Below, one piece after another: positions 40,791-49,788 of a DNA stretch of 64,000 nucleotides. The notes beneath the pieces were generated by a model that was given only the letters and a program-made list of their open reading frames with translations, ran no database searches and was not told where the DNA came from. The stretch is from an uncultured delta proteobacterium (GTDB taxonomy: Bacteria; Desulfobacterota; Desulfomonilia; UBA1062). The translations under genes and the position numbers were made by a program. The stretch lies in NCBI GenBank assembly GCA_963798485.1, contig CAWCTR010000008.1, positions 160,001 to 224,000 on the forward strand, read 5' to 3'. Positions within the stretch are counted from its first letter, which is position 1. Each line of letters starts with the position of its first letter.

Positions 40791-42002
40791 ATGAAGGCGC
40801 TCATGTTCAACATCACAGTGCCCAACTACCTGGTTCTACAGGTGCTGGGCAGGCTGAACAGGAAGTATTATTATGACGGCCTGTTCTCCCCGGTAAGGCT
40901 TGCTGACGTGGCTGAGCCGGTCTTGCCGAACCAGGACTGGCTGAAGCTTAAAATCAGGCTCTGCGGCTTCTGCGGGAGCGACCTGAATCTCCTCATGGTG
41001 AAGGACTCGCCGATGGCAACGCCCTTCACCTCGTTCCCCTGCATCTTCGGCCACGAGGTGTATGCCGAGGTGGAAGAAGCCGGAAGCAGGGTATCAGGCT
41101 TCAAGAAAGGCGACCGGGTGACCGTGAACCCCGGCCTTACCTGCGCGGCCCGGGGTATTTATCCGGTATGCCCTCCTTGTGCAGCCGGAAGGCCCGGCAG
41201 CTGCGAGAGATATGCAGAAGGGCCATTCGCGCCCGGCATGTTCGCCGGTATCTGCAAGGACATAGGCGGGGGGTTTGCAGAATACATGGTTGTGCATAAG
41301 TCCCAAGTCTTCAAGGTGCCGGACATGGTGAGCAACGAATCGGCAGCCCTCACCGAGCCGCTGGCTGTGGGCCTGCAGGCCGTGCTCGACAACAGGCCCC
41401 AGGAAACGGAGAGGGTCCTGGTTATCGGCGGCGGCGTGATCGGTTGTATGGTAGTCAAGGCCATCCGGGGTCTGGGCATAGGCTGCTCCATCACCGTGGC
41501 AGAGCCGTCTGTCTTTGTGGCTGATTATGTGAAGAGATCAGGGGCGGACCACGTGGTTTCAGGGGGCATAATCGATGCTGCGGTAAGGATCACCGGTGCA
41601 AGGCCCTACAAGCCCATGCTCGGAGAGCGCATCGTCCAGGGTGGGTTCGACCGGGTGTTCGATACCGTGGGCCATTCACCTACCCTGCAGAAAGCACTCA
41701 TCGTCACCCGTGGCGGTGGGACCGTGAGCCTGGTGGGAATCGGCAATATTGTGCGCTTCGACCCAACGCCCCTGTGGCTAAAGCTTCTGACATTAAAAGG
41801 CTGCTACGGCTACGGCTACAACCAGACCGAAGCAGGCCCCAGGCACGCCTTCGAAATCGCGCTCGATCTCATGGAGAGCAAGAAGATCCACGTGGAGGAT
41901 ATGCTCACCCACACCTTTGCCATCGAGGAGTACCAGGAACTCATCAGGATCAATATGAGCAAGGGGGCTCACCAGGCCATCAAGACGGCTGTCAGGTTTT
42001 AA
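40791..42002 (+). CDS. Zinc-dependent alcohol dehydrogenase (MDR)
   Basis: CGSD, GHE, structural Cys cluster, GGGVIG. Confidence 0.92.
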   Translation: MKALMFNITVPNYLVLQVLGRLNRKYYYDGLFSPVRLADVAEPVLPNQDWLKLKIRLCGFCGSDLNLLMVKDSPMATPFTSFPCIFGHEVYAEVEEAGSRVSGFKKGDRVTVNPGLTCAARGIYPVCPPCAAGRPGSCERYAEGPFAPGMFAGICKDIGGGFAEYMVVHKSQVFKVPDMVSNESAALTEPLAVGLQAVLDNRPQETERVLVIGGGVIGCMVVKAIRGLGIGCSITVAEPSVFVADYVKRSGADHVVSGGIIDAAVRITGARPYKPMLGERIVQGGFDRVFDTVGHSPTLQKALIVTRGGGTVSLVGIGNIVRFDPTPLWLKLLTLKGCYGYGYNQTEAGPRHAFEIALDLMESKKIHVEDMLTHTFAIEEYQELIRINMSKGAHQAIKTAVRF

Positions 42003-42034
42003 GATCCTCAATCCCCGATTCAATGCTGTCTGAT

Positions 42035-42071
42035 GTTGCCGGAGGCTGAACCCATATCAGCCTCCGGCGAC
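42035..42071 (+). terminator. Hairpin/terminator
   Basis: GTTGCCGGAGGCTGA...TCAGCCTCCGGCGAC followed by T-rich sequence. Confidence 0.7.
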
Positions 42072-42120
42072 TATTTATTTTGTTCATCATTTTAATACGG
42101 CCAATTCCAATTCTCTCGAC

Positions 42121-42145
42121 GGAACAGTCACGACTGTTCCCTACA
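42121..42145 (-). repeat. Single GTAG-type REP-like palindrome
   Basis: Minus strand GTAGGGAACAGTCGTGACTGTTCC. Confidence 0.55.
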
Positions 42146-42361
42146 AAAGAATCCCTCCTGTTTCCTTTTTCAAAGGAAAGGACCTGTAAACACTATTCGA
42201 TGCTAAGGGCGCGAAGATGATCGCAGAAATCTTCAGCGGACATTTTTGGATTCCTTAACCCGGTCAGAGATTTCAAGAGGATTCTTTTCTTCGTGTCCTT
42301 CATACCACTATCCATCATTTTTCATTTTCTTGTTTTTTGTGCATCATTTTCATGCAAACAC

Positions 42362-42470
42362 CAGTAGGTTGGGTTGAACTTGTGAAACCCAACAACGAGA
42401 CTTAAAATAGCATCCATTCAAATATTCAGATCTTGATGTGTTGGGTTTCGTTCCTCAACCCAACCTACTG
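42362..42470. repeat. Inverted GTAG-type REP doublet (REPIN-like)
   Basis: CAGTAGGTTGGGTTGA...GAAACCCAACA and TGTTGGGTTTC...TCAACCCAACCTACTG. Confidence 0.75.
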
Positions 42471-42789
42471 ACTGACTGTTTCGCAGTACACAGGAACCCA
42501 CCGGTCGATGGGTATCAATGAGTTTAACACATGCAGTGGACAGAGCAAAAGGTCCCCTCTCCCTCGATGGGAGAGGGGGTTTATGGGCACAGCCTGGAGG
42601 ATGCCTGCGGCTGTGCTGCGCTAAGTTCTTCGTGTTGAAACCCCCCTATGTCTACTTGAACCTCTTGCCCAATTGCAAACCCACTTGCAAGGTATAAACA
42701 TTTTCGATATGACAAGAAGGGGAACAGGTTTTTCCTGTAATGGTGTATCTTGCTCATGTATTGAGCAAAAAGGAGATGTTGAAGGGTTC

Positions 42790-44286
42790 ATGAGCGATAC
42801 CATCTTTTCCTTTTTCAAAAGCTTCCGGGTCCAGGACGTCTTCGATATCCTTATCATTACGTCATTGATCTATATGACCCTTATCTGGTTCAAGAACACC
42901 GCATCGCGCCTTGTACTGGTGGGTATAACCCTTTTAGGCGGAGTCTATATTCTGGCCCGGATCTTTAACCTCTATCTTACCACCCTTGTTCTCCAGGGTT
43001 TCTTTACCATCCTCATCTTTGCCCTTGTAGTCATTTTTCAGGAGGATATCAGGAGGTTTTTTGAACGTCTCGCCACCTTGAGAAACATGGGTAAATCCAG
43101 CAGAAAAGCCGATGGATCTTATGAGAAGACCGTAGAGGCCATTTCTGAAAGCGTAGCGGAATTCACATCGAAAAAGACCGGGTCCCTTATTGTCATCCAG
43201 GGAGAAGACCCGCTCGACAGGCATATCAAGGGCGGTTACCAGATCAAGGGTGATATATCAAAGCCGTTGTTGGAAAGCATTTTCGATGTCCATTCCCACG
43301 GGCATGACGGGGCAGTCATTATTAATAATAATAAGATCTTAAAATTCGGGTGTCACCTCCCGCTCTCCCCAAGCTCAGAGAGATTCGGAGATTTCGGCCT
43401 GCGCCATACAGCCGCGCTCGGGCTTTGCGAACTCACGGATGCCCTGTGCATTGTGGTCTCTGAAGAGCGGGGGACCATTATGGTAGCCCAGGATGGTAAG
43501 ACCACGTATCTGAAGAATGCCGTTGAGCTTAGGACCCTCATGGAGAGGTATTTCGAGACGAAGATTGATGCACGCTCAAAGATCCTCACCAAGAAGAGGT
43601 TCCGGCAAAACACCATGGAAAAGGCCATTGCCATCGTTCTTGCGCTGGGTCTCTGGTTTGTATTCGGACACCAGAAAGAGTCGGTGCAGCGGGATTATAT
43701 CGTCCCCATCGAATACCGCAAGGTCTCCCAGGATTGGGAGATCGAGGAATCGAGGGCAACGCAGGCAACAGTCACCCTGATGGGCTCATCCCAGGCCTTC
43801 AGCCTCTTTGACCCGAATTCCATCAAGGCATCTATCGATCTTTCATCAATCGTTGAAGGCAGACAGGCCATTATGCTTTCTTCAGATATGGTGAACATCC
43901 CTTCAAACATAACGGTTGTGAAATTCAAGCCAGATAGGATTTTAATCGCAGCCCATAGACTTTACCCACGTGAGGTGAGGATCTTCATAGATACATCCGG
44001 CCACTTGCCGGTCGGGTATGATATCAGGAAGATGACTGTCGAACCGGAAACCATTGTTGTTCGCGCGCCGTTCTCTCTTACCGGCAACAAGATCTATATT
44101 ACCACCGAGCCCATAGACCTTTCGGAGATTACTGCATCACAGACAATGAATATGAGGCTCGTGTATCCCAACAGGATACGATTTAAGAATAACCAGGCAC
44201 CCTTAGTAAAGGTGACTCTAGAGGTAGCAAGGGCTCAAGCAGGTGGAGAATTGGGAGGTAATCAGGGCACAGGGTCAAGGCACTAA
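42790..44286 (+). CDS. Diadenylate cyclase (CdaA/DacA) fused to YbbR (CdaR-like) domains
   Basis: 3 N-terminal TMs, VIFQEDIRRF, HDGAVI, GLRHTAALG, VVSEERG; further TM (KAIAIVLALGLW) followed by YbbR-like beta domains. Confidence 0.9.
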   Translation: MSDTIFSFFKSFRVQDVFDILIITSLIYMTLIWFKNTASRLVLVGITLLGGVYILARIFNLYLTTLVLQGFFTILIFALVVIFQEDIRRFFERLATLRNMGKSSRKADGSYEKTVEAISESVAEFTSKKTGSLIVIQGEDPLDRHIKGGYQIKGDISKPLLESIFDVHSHGHDGAVIINNNKILKFGCHLPLSPSSERFGDFGLRHTAALGLCELTDALCIVVSEERGTIMVAQDGKTTYLKNAVELRTLMERYFETKIDARSKILTKKRFRQNTMEKAIAIVLALGLWFVFGHQKESVQRDYIVPIEYRKVSQDWEIEESRATQATVTLMGSSQAFSLFDPNSIKASIDLSSIVEGRQAIMLSSDMVNIPSNITVVKFKPDRILIAAHRLYPREVRIFIDTSGHLPVGYDIRKMTVEPETIVVRAPFSLTGNKIYITTEPIDLSEITASQTMNMRLVYPNRIRFKNNQAPLVKVTLEVARAQAGGELGGNQGTGSRH

Positions 44287-44409
44287 ACACCCATGGCGTA
44301 CAACAACACCCACCGCTTAGATAGCGGTTAGATAGCGGTGCCGGACCTATCAGCATCAGAAGAGGAGATCACCCCGCCGGGATATAAACCCCAAGGGAAC
44401 TGAGTAGAT

Positions 44410-44670
44410 TTATCCGGCGATAAGATAGACGTCGTCGCCGACCCTGGTCTTGTCCTTCACCTTGATGCCGATGAGATCTCCGGCCTTGGCCTCTATTACG
44501 GACTTGTTGTCGATCTGCATGGAATCGATGTTCTCTTCAAAGTTCGTGGTTGCCCCCTCGATGGAGATCTTTTCCCCGACCTTGAGTGTGTCACTGAGCT
44601 GGATGCCGGCGACATTGATCTTATTGAAAAAGTGGGTCACTTTCCCGATCAGCTTCTTTTCATCAGCCAT
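44410..44670 (-). CDS. Small translation-elongation-factor-like beta-barrel protein (U32 C-terminal-like)
   Basis: IGKVTHFFNKINVA...LKVGEKI.IEG...SMQID...AKAGDLIGIKV...RVGDDVY; GGAGG RBS. Confidence 0.8.
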   Translation of the reverse strand: MADEKKLIGKVTHFFNKINVAGIQLSDTLKVGEKISIEGATTNFEENIDSMQIDNKSVIEAKAGDLIGIKVKDKTRVGDDVYLIAG

Positions 44671-44905
44671 ATATGCACCTCCTCATATATGCTTGCTATT
44701 ATACGGCTAGTGCCCCGGTGATCTCAAGGAGAAAATAGCCTGTGATCACAAATAGATCAGTCGTTCGTTTGCAGACGTAACCCATATGAATACCTATTCG
44801 TGGGTCATACGGTAAAAGGCCATACCCATACTTCCCATTGCAATTTTATAGAGATTGAATAAAAGAGATTGAATAAAATATATTAATATTACTAATGGGG
44901 GAACT

Positions 44906-46924
44906 ATGTCATACCGGGATGATACACTCTGCGGGCTTTTTCACAACCAGGCGCTGAAGTATGGAGAAGATCGTGTCTTTTTAATGGGTAAATACGATGA
45001 GTATGGAAAGCCCATTCAATCATTCCGGAAGATATCATGGAGACAAACGAGGAGACAGGTCCTGGACCTTGCCAGGGGGCTTGCCGCGCTGGGCTTGAAC
45101 AAGGGTGATCGATGTGTCATCTTTGCCGAGAGCAGGCCGGAATGGATCATAGCCGACCAGGCAATCCAGGCATGCGGTGCGACCGGGGTGCCTCTCTATC
45201 CCACCCTGAGCAGGGATGACCTCTTGTTCATGGTCATAGACAGCGAATCAAAGATGGCCATTGTATCCAACTGTGCCAAGGCTGATGAGTTCCTCAGTCT
45301 CAGGGACCGGCATGAAGGGCTCAAGTCCACGCCGGTCATCTCCATGGAGGAATGGGAAGGGGCTCGGAGAGAAAATGTTTACAGCTTCATGGACATCATG
45401 CAGATGGGCAGGGAAAAGGTAGCGGCCGAAGAGATAGAATCACGTATAAAGTCCGTCACCCCTGATACGATCGCTGCCATTATCTATACCTCGGGCACCA
45501 CGGGCAGATCCAAAGGAGTCGTGCTTACCCAGTCAAATTTCGTATCCAACATCCATCAGGCATCCAATTCCGAGCTTACGGTGCGCATGAAGAAAAAGGA
45601 TGTCCATCTTACCGCCTTGGTGCATCTGCCCCTATGCCATGTTATGGGCCGCTCGAGTGATTACCATTTGATCGGGCTCTACCTGGGGGGCACCCTTGCC
45701 TTTGCAGAGAGTTATAAGGCCATAGCCAAGAACCTGCTGGAGGTCAGACCGAATGTAATCACCTCCATCCCCATGTTTTATGAGAAGACCTATGAGACCA
45801 TCAATGCAATTATTGCCAAGCAGAAATCGATCTATCAGAAACTGTTCAAATGGGCCCTCGGCAAGGGTGAGATATACACGGATGCCATGGCAAGCGGGAA
45901 AAGGATATCCCAGTTGGACCTCACGGGCTTTGGGATCGCCAACATGCTTGTGTTTGACCGGATGAAAAAGATGATGGGCATGGACAGGCTTGTAGTAGCG
46001 ATCTCCGGCGGGGGCAAGCTCTCGAAAGAGGTGTGTGTATTCTTCCGGTCCTTGAATATCCAGCTCAATGAGGGGTACGGCCTCACCGAGACGAGCCCGG
46101 TGATCAATTTCAACGAACCGGAGATCCTGGACTCTGTCCAACATGGAAGGCTCTATCAGTGGTTCTTTGATAAGATCATGAATATGGTGTTGGACCTCTT
46201 GGTGGTCAAGCAATCTCAAGGAATCTCTCCCTACGCAAATCCTTTATCTGCAGCCAAGCTCGGAGTCTGCTACTCCACAATTGTTTATAAACTCAGGGTG
46301 AAGCCCGGCACCGTGGGCAGGCCGGTGGCCTTGACCGAAGAAAAGATCGCTGAAGATGGCGAGATCCTGGTAAAGGGGCCCCAGGTGTTCAAGGAATACT
46401 GGAAGATGCCTGATGCCACCAAGGCGGCCTTTACCGAAGACGGCTTCTTCATGACCGGTGACATCGGGCACTTTGACAGCGAGGGGTTCCTGCTCATTAC
46501 AGACCGCAAAAAGGACCTGTTCGTCAGCTCGGGCGGCAAGAATATCGCGCCGCATCCCATTGAGGTGGCGCTCCAGGCGCGGTCGTATATCGAACAGGCC
46601 TGCCTTGTGGGTGACGGCAGGAAGTACCTCACGGCGCTCATAGTGCCTGATTTCAAGAGCCTGTCGAGCTATGCCAAGAAGACCGGCATCACCTTTACCG
46701 ACAACAACGCACTCGTGAGCAGCCCGGAGATACAATCCCTCATCAAGGCCGAGGTGGATGAGGTGAACAAGACCCTGGCCCATTACCAGCAGGTCAGCTA
46801 TTTCGAGTTGCTGGATGCCCCCTTCAGCGAAGAGACGGGTGAGCTTACCCCAACCATGAAGGTTAAGCGCAAGGTGGTTCTGGATAAGTACAAAGACAGG
46901 ATCGAGAAGATGTACCAGAAGTGA
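44906..46924 (+). CDS. Long-chain fatty acid-CoA ligase (AMP-forming)
   Basis: YTSGTTGRSKG, GYGLTETSP, FMTGDIG, DRKKDL, GGKNIAP, ELTPTMKVKR. Confidence 0.93.
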   Translation: MSYRDDTLCGLFHNQALKYGEDRVFLMGKYDEYGKPIQSFRKISWRQTRRQVLDLARGLAALGLNKGDRCVIFAESRPEWIIADQAIQACGATGVPLYPTLSRDDLLFMVIDSESKMAIVSNCAKADEFLSLRDRHEGLKSTPVISMEEWEGARRENVYSFMDIMQMGREKVAAEEIESRIKSVTPDTIAAIIYTSGTTGRSKGVVLTQSNFVSNIHQASNSELTVRMKKKDVHLTALVHLPLCHVMGRSSDYHLIGLYLGGTLAFAESYKAIAKNLLEVRPNVITSIPMFYEKTYETINAIIAKQKSIYQKLFKWALGKGEIYTDAMASGKRISQLDLTGFGIANMLVFDRMKKMMGMDRLVVAISGGGKLSKEVCVFFRSLNIQLNEGYGLTETSPVINFNEPEILDSVQHGRLYQWFFDKIMNMVLDLLVVKQSQGISPYANPLSAAKLGVCYSTIVYKLRVKPGTVGRPVALTEEKIAEDGEILVKGPQVFKEYWKMPDATKAAFTEDGFFMTGDIGHFDSEGFLLITDRKKDLFVSSGGKNIAPHPIEVALQARSYIEQACLVGDGRKYLTALIVPDFKSLSSYAKKTGITFTDNNALVSSPEIQSLIKAEVDEVNKTLAHYQQVSYFELLDAPFSEETGELTPTMKVKRKVVLDKYKDRIEKMYQK

Positions 46925-46961
46925 TGCCCTGTATGAACAATCTGATCAGGGGTGTGCAGAA

Positions 46962-47525
46962 TCAGATCTTCCGAATGCCCCCGGTCGACTCATAGATAAG
47001 CAGGTGTGCAAAGGCCGCCACCACCAGGCCGTGCGTGATCTTTTGCACCTGGATCATCCGATAGATATCTTCTTTTTTATTCAGTTCCACCCTGATGGCC
47101 TCCGTGGGGTCCAGCATCTGGCCTGATGCCTGATAACAGTTCCTGGCCAGGTATGAAAAGCACCGGTTGGTCTGCAGGGCCGGATTCGGTTCCACCGTGC
47201 CGATGTGCACCACATCGGTACTGATGTACCCGGTCTCCTCGGTCATCTCGCGCACCGCGGCCTCCATGGGGCTCGAATCAGTTTCGGAAATGAGGCCGCC
47301 CGGGATCTCCAGGGTGTCTCTCCTGACCCCGTGGCGGTACTGGCGGATCGTCACCACGTAACCGTCATCGGTGATGGGGATGATGTTCACCCAGTCCTGG
47401 AGCTCGAAGACCGTGAAGTCCTTGATGATGTTATTGGGCAGGAAGTGGTATTTGTCCTGGCGGACATTTACAAGCCGGTTCTTGAACACGGTCTTGGAAT
47501 AGAGATAGTTCCAGTCCTTCTTCAT
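46962..47525 (-). CDS. NUDIX hydrolase (ADP-ribose pyrophosphatase-like)
   Basis: QYRHG...EIPGG...AAVREMTEETGY (Nudix box). Confidence 0.92.
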   Translation of the reverse strand: MKKDWNYLYSKTVFKNRLVNVRQDKYHFLPNNIIKDFTVFELQDWVNIIPITDDGYVVTIRQYRHGVRRDTLEIPGGLISETDSSPMEAAVREMTEETGYISTDVVHIGTVEPNPALQTNRCFSYLARNCYQASGQMLDPTEAIRVELNKKEDIYRMIQVQKITHGLVVAAFAHLLIYESTGGIRKI

Positions 47526-48115
47526 GGCTGTCCCGTTCTAATCCCGTTCCAATCAATGATTGCTTCGATATCTTTCCACGTGCTTACGGTATGGAAGGGG
47601 TGGGGCCCTCTGTTCCAGGGCTGGGTGAAGACAATGGGGGTGATGCCTTCCTCATGGAGCATCCGGCAGGTGTCGAGCCGGTCGTCGATGAAGTATTTGA
47701 TATTATGCCCCTGAAGAACCTCGAGTTTCGCGGTACTCGCGCCGGTCGCCTCCACGCGCAGGCACTTGGGGCCCACCTCGGGGATGTGCTTGGCGAACCA
47801 CAGCTCGATCGGTTCGGCAAAGGGCCGCGCAGTCACGAGGAGCAGGGGCGAGAAAGAGGATATACCGGCCAGCACCTCTGTGGCCCCTTCATTGGGCATA
47901 ACGTCTATTTCATGGAGCTCGTTGGTGAGGATGTCAATGATTTCAAGGGCGTGTTTTTTATCCATGTTGACGACATTCAGAAACTGGTAATCCGTGATGT
48001 CGTCATAGTTGATGTTATAGTTGTAGCTTTCCCTGGCAAGCCGGATAAAGAACCTGAAGGTGTCGGCCACGACGCCGTCAAAGTCAAAGGCGATCTCAGA
48101 TGGGGGGATATTCAT
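47522..48115 (-). CDS. HAD-family 5'(3')-nucleotidase (NT5C-like)
   Basis: FDFDGVVAD, VTAR, FIDDRL, QPWN. Confidence 0.85.
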   Translation of the reverse strand: MNIPPSEIAFDFDGVVADTFRFFIRLARESYNYNINYDDITDYQFLNVVNMDKKHALEIIDILTNELHEIDVMPNEGATEVLAGISSFSPLLLVTARPFAEPIELWFAKHIPEVGPKCLRVEATGASTAKLEVLQGHNIKYFIDDRLDTCRMLHEEGITPIVFTQPWNRGPHPFHTVSTWKDIEAIIDWNGIRTGQP

Positions 48116-48546
48116 GCTTAAAAGCCTTCCGCAGTTCTTAATGTCCGCCATGTTTATCATATGTTGATGAGGGAAGCAAACCCACGGGCCGCCCTTGTAA
48201 AAAAACCTCTCCAGGGCGTCGGCCAGAATAGACTGATACGGTGTGAATCCAGTATTTTCAAGGTCTTCTGGACCCCCGCTGGAGTTTATCCCAGCGAAAG
48301 CGGGGGCAAGGGTGATGGTTTTATTGAGTTTGGCAATCCTCTCAAAGGAGGGAACCATAAGGTTAAAGATTAAAACGCAAAAAAATGATTGATCAATGTT
48401 GTATGTTTCAGGTAATAAACTTATTTGTGTCAGCCTTAATATAATTCGGTAGCATGGCAGTAAAAGGTTGGATAGATAAAAGTTACAGGCGCACTTTAAG
48501 GATCGTCACCTTGGGTGCAGAGCGAGAAACTTATAGAGGGGGGAGT

Positions 48547-49761
48547 ATGGGTAAAGATCGGGATGCGCAATACCGCAGCAGGATCAGCGGGTACTACAAA
48601 CAACTGATGGAGCAGAGCCAGGCTCACATGGACCGCATGGACAAGGAGCTGCCCAAGGCCCGGGAGGATTTCAACGAGGTCCTCAAGGAGCGGGGCGTAA
48701 GCAGGAGAGATTTCTTAAAGTGGACCTCCGCCATGACCGCAGCGCTGATGCTGCCGCCGATCTTCAAGCCCATGGTGGCACGGGCCGCGGAAAACTTCAG
48801 CAGGCTGCCGGTGGTGTGGCTCCACTTTGCAGAGTGCACAGGCTGCTCGGAGGCCTTCCTGAGGACATCGTATCCCAACGTGGATGATGTCCTCTTGGAT
48901 ACCATATCGCTTGAATACCATGAGACACTCATGGCCGCCGCAGGAAAGCAGGCTGAAGAGTGCCTGGAGAAGTGCATGAAAGACTTCCCCGGCAAGTATG
49001 TCTGCGTCATCGAGGGCGCCATACCCATGGGGCTGAACGGCCAGTACTTGAGGCTGGGCCCCAAGGCCAAGACCGCCATCGAAATCGGCAGGGAAGTAAC
49101 CTCCAAGGCTGCGGCGACCATCTGCATCGGCAGTTGTTCCTGCTTCGGGAACATCCAGGCCGCCAAGCCGAATCCAACCAATGCCATGGGTATCCTCGAT
49201 GCCCTGAGCGTTCCGACGGTCAACATTGCAGGCTGCCCGCCGAGCCCGCAGAATTTCGTGGGCACCGTGCTGCACTTCCTCATGTTCGGCGCTATTCCTC
49301 CGCTCGATAACCTCAGGAGGCCGATTTGGGCATACGGCAAGCGTATCCATGACTATTGCGAGCGCAGGCCGCATTATGATGCAGGCGAATATGTGGAAGA
49401 GTGGGGCGATGAGGGCGCAAAGAATGGCTGGTGCCTTTACAAGATGGGCTGCAAGGGTCCTTACACCTATGGGAACTGTGCCAAGGTCAGGTTCAACGAC
49501 GGAACGTCATGGCCCATTATGGGGGGTCACGGGTGCATGGGTTGCACGGAGCCTGCATTCTGGGACACCATGGCGCCTCTGGAGAAGCCCGTCAGTGATC
49601 AGTTTGTCGGAGGATGGGGCGTAACAGCCAGGGTCGATGCCTTAGGTACTGCACTGACCGCAGCCACCATCGTTGGAGTAGCCGCCCATGCGGGGCTCAC
49701 AGGGGCCAAGGGACACGGCCAGCCAAAGAAGTCCGAGCCCGATCAGGGATCGCACGAATAG
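48547..49761 (+). CDS. hydA: Group 1 [NiFe]-hydrogenase small subunit
   Basis: Tat motif SRRDFLK, ECTGCSE, GCPP, HDYCERR, WCLYKMGCKGP, GHGCMGC; C-terminal TM anchor. Confidence 0.95.
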   Translation: MGKDRDAQYRSRISGYYKQLMEQSQAHMDRMDKELPKAREDFNEVLKERGVSRRDFLKWTSAMTAALMLPPIFKPMVARAAENFSRLPVVWLHFAECTGCSEAFLRTSYPNVDDVLLDTISLEYHETLMAAAGKQAEECLEKCMKDFPGKYVCVIEGAIPMGLNGQYLRLGPKAKTAIEIGREVTSKAAATICIGSCSCFGNIQAAKPNPTNAMGILDALSVPTVNIAGCPPSPQNFVGTVLHFLMFGAIPPLDNLRRPIWAYGKRIHDYCERRPHYDAGEYVEEWGDEGAKNGWCLYKMGCKGPYTYGNCAKVRFNDGTSWPIMGGHGCMGCTEPAFWDTMAPLEKPVSDQFVGGWGVTARVDALGTALTAATIVGVAAHAGLTGAKGHGQPKKSEPDQGSHE

Positions 49762-49788
49762 CAGCACTAGTTTACGGGAGGAAATACT

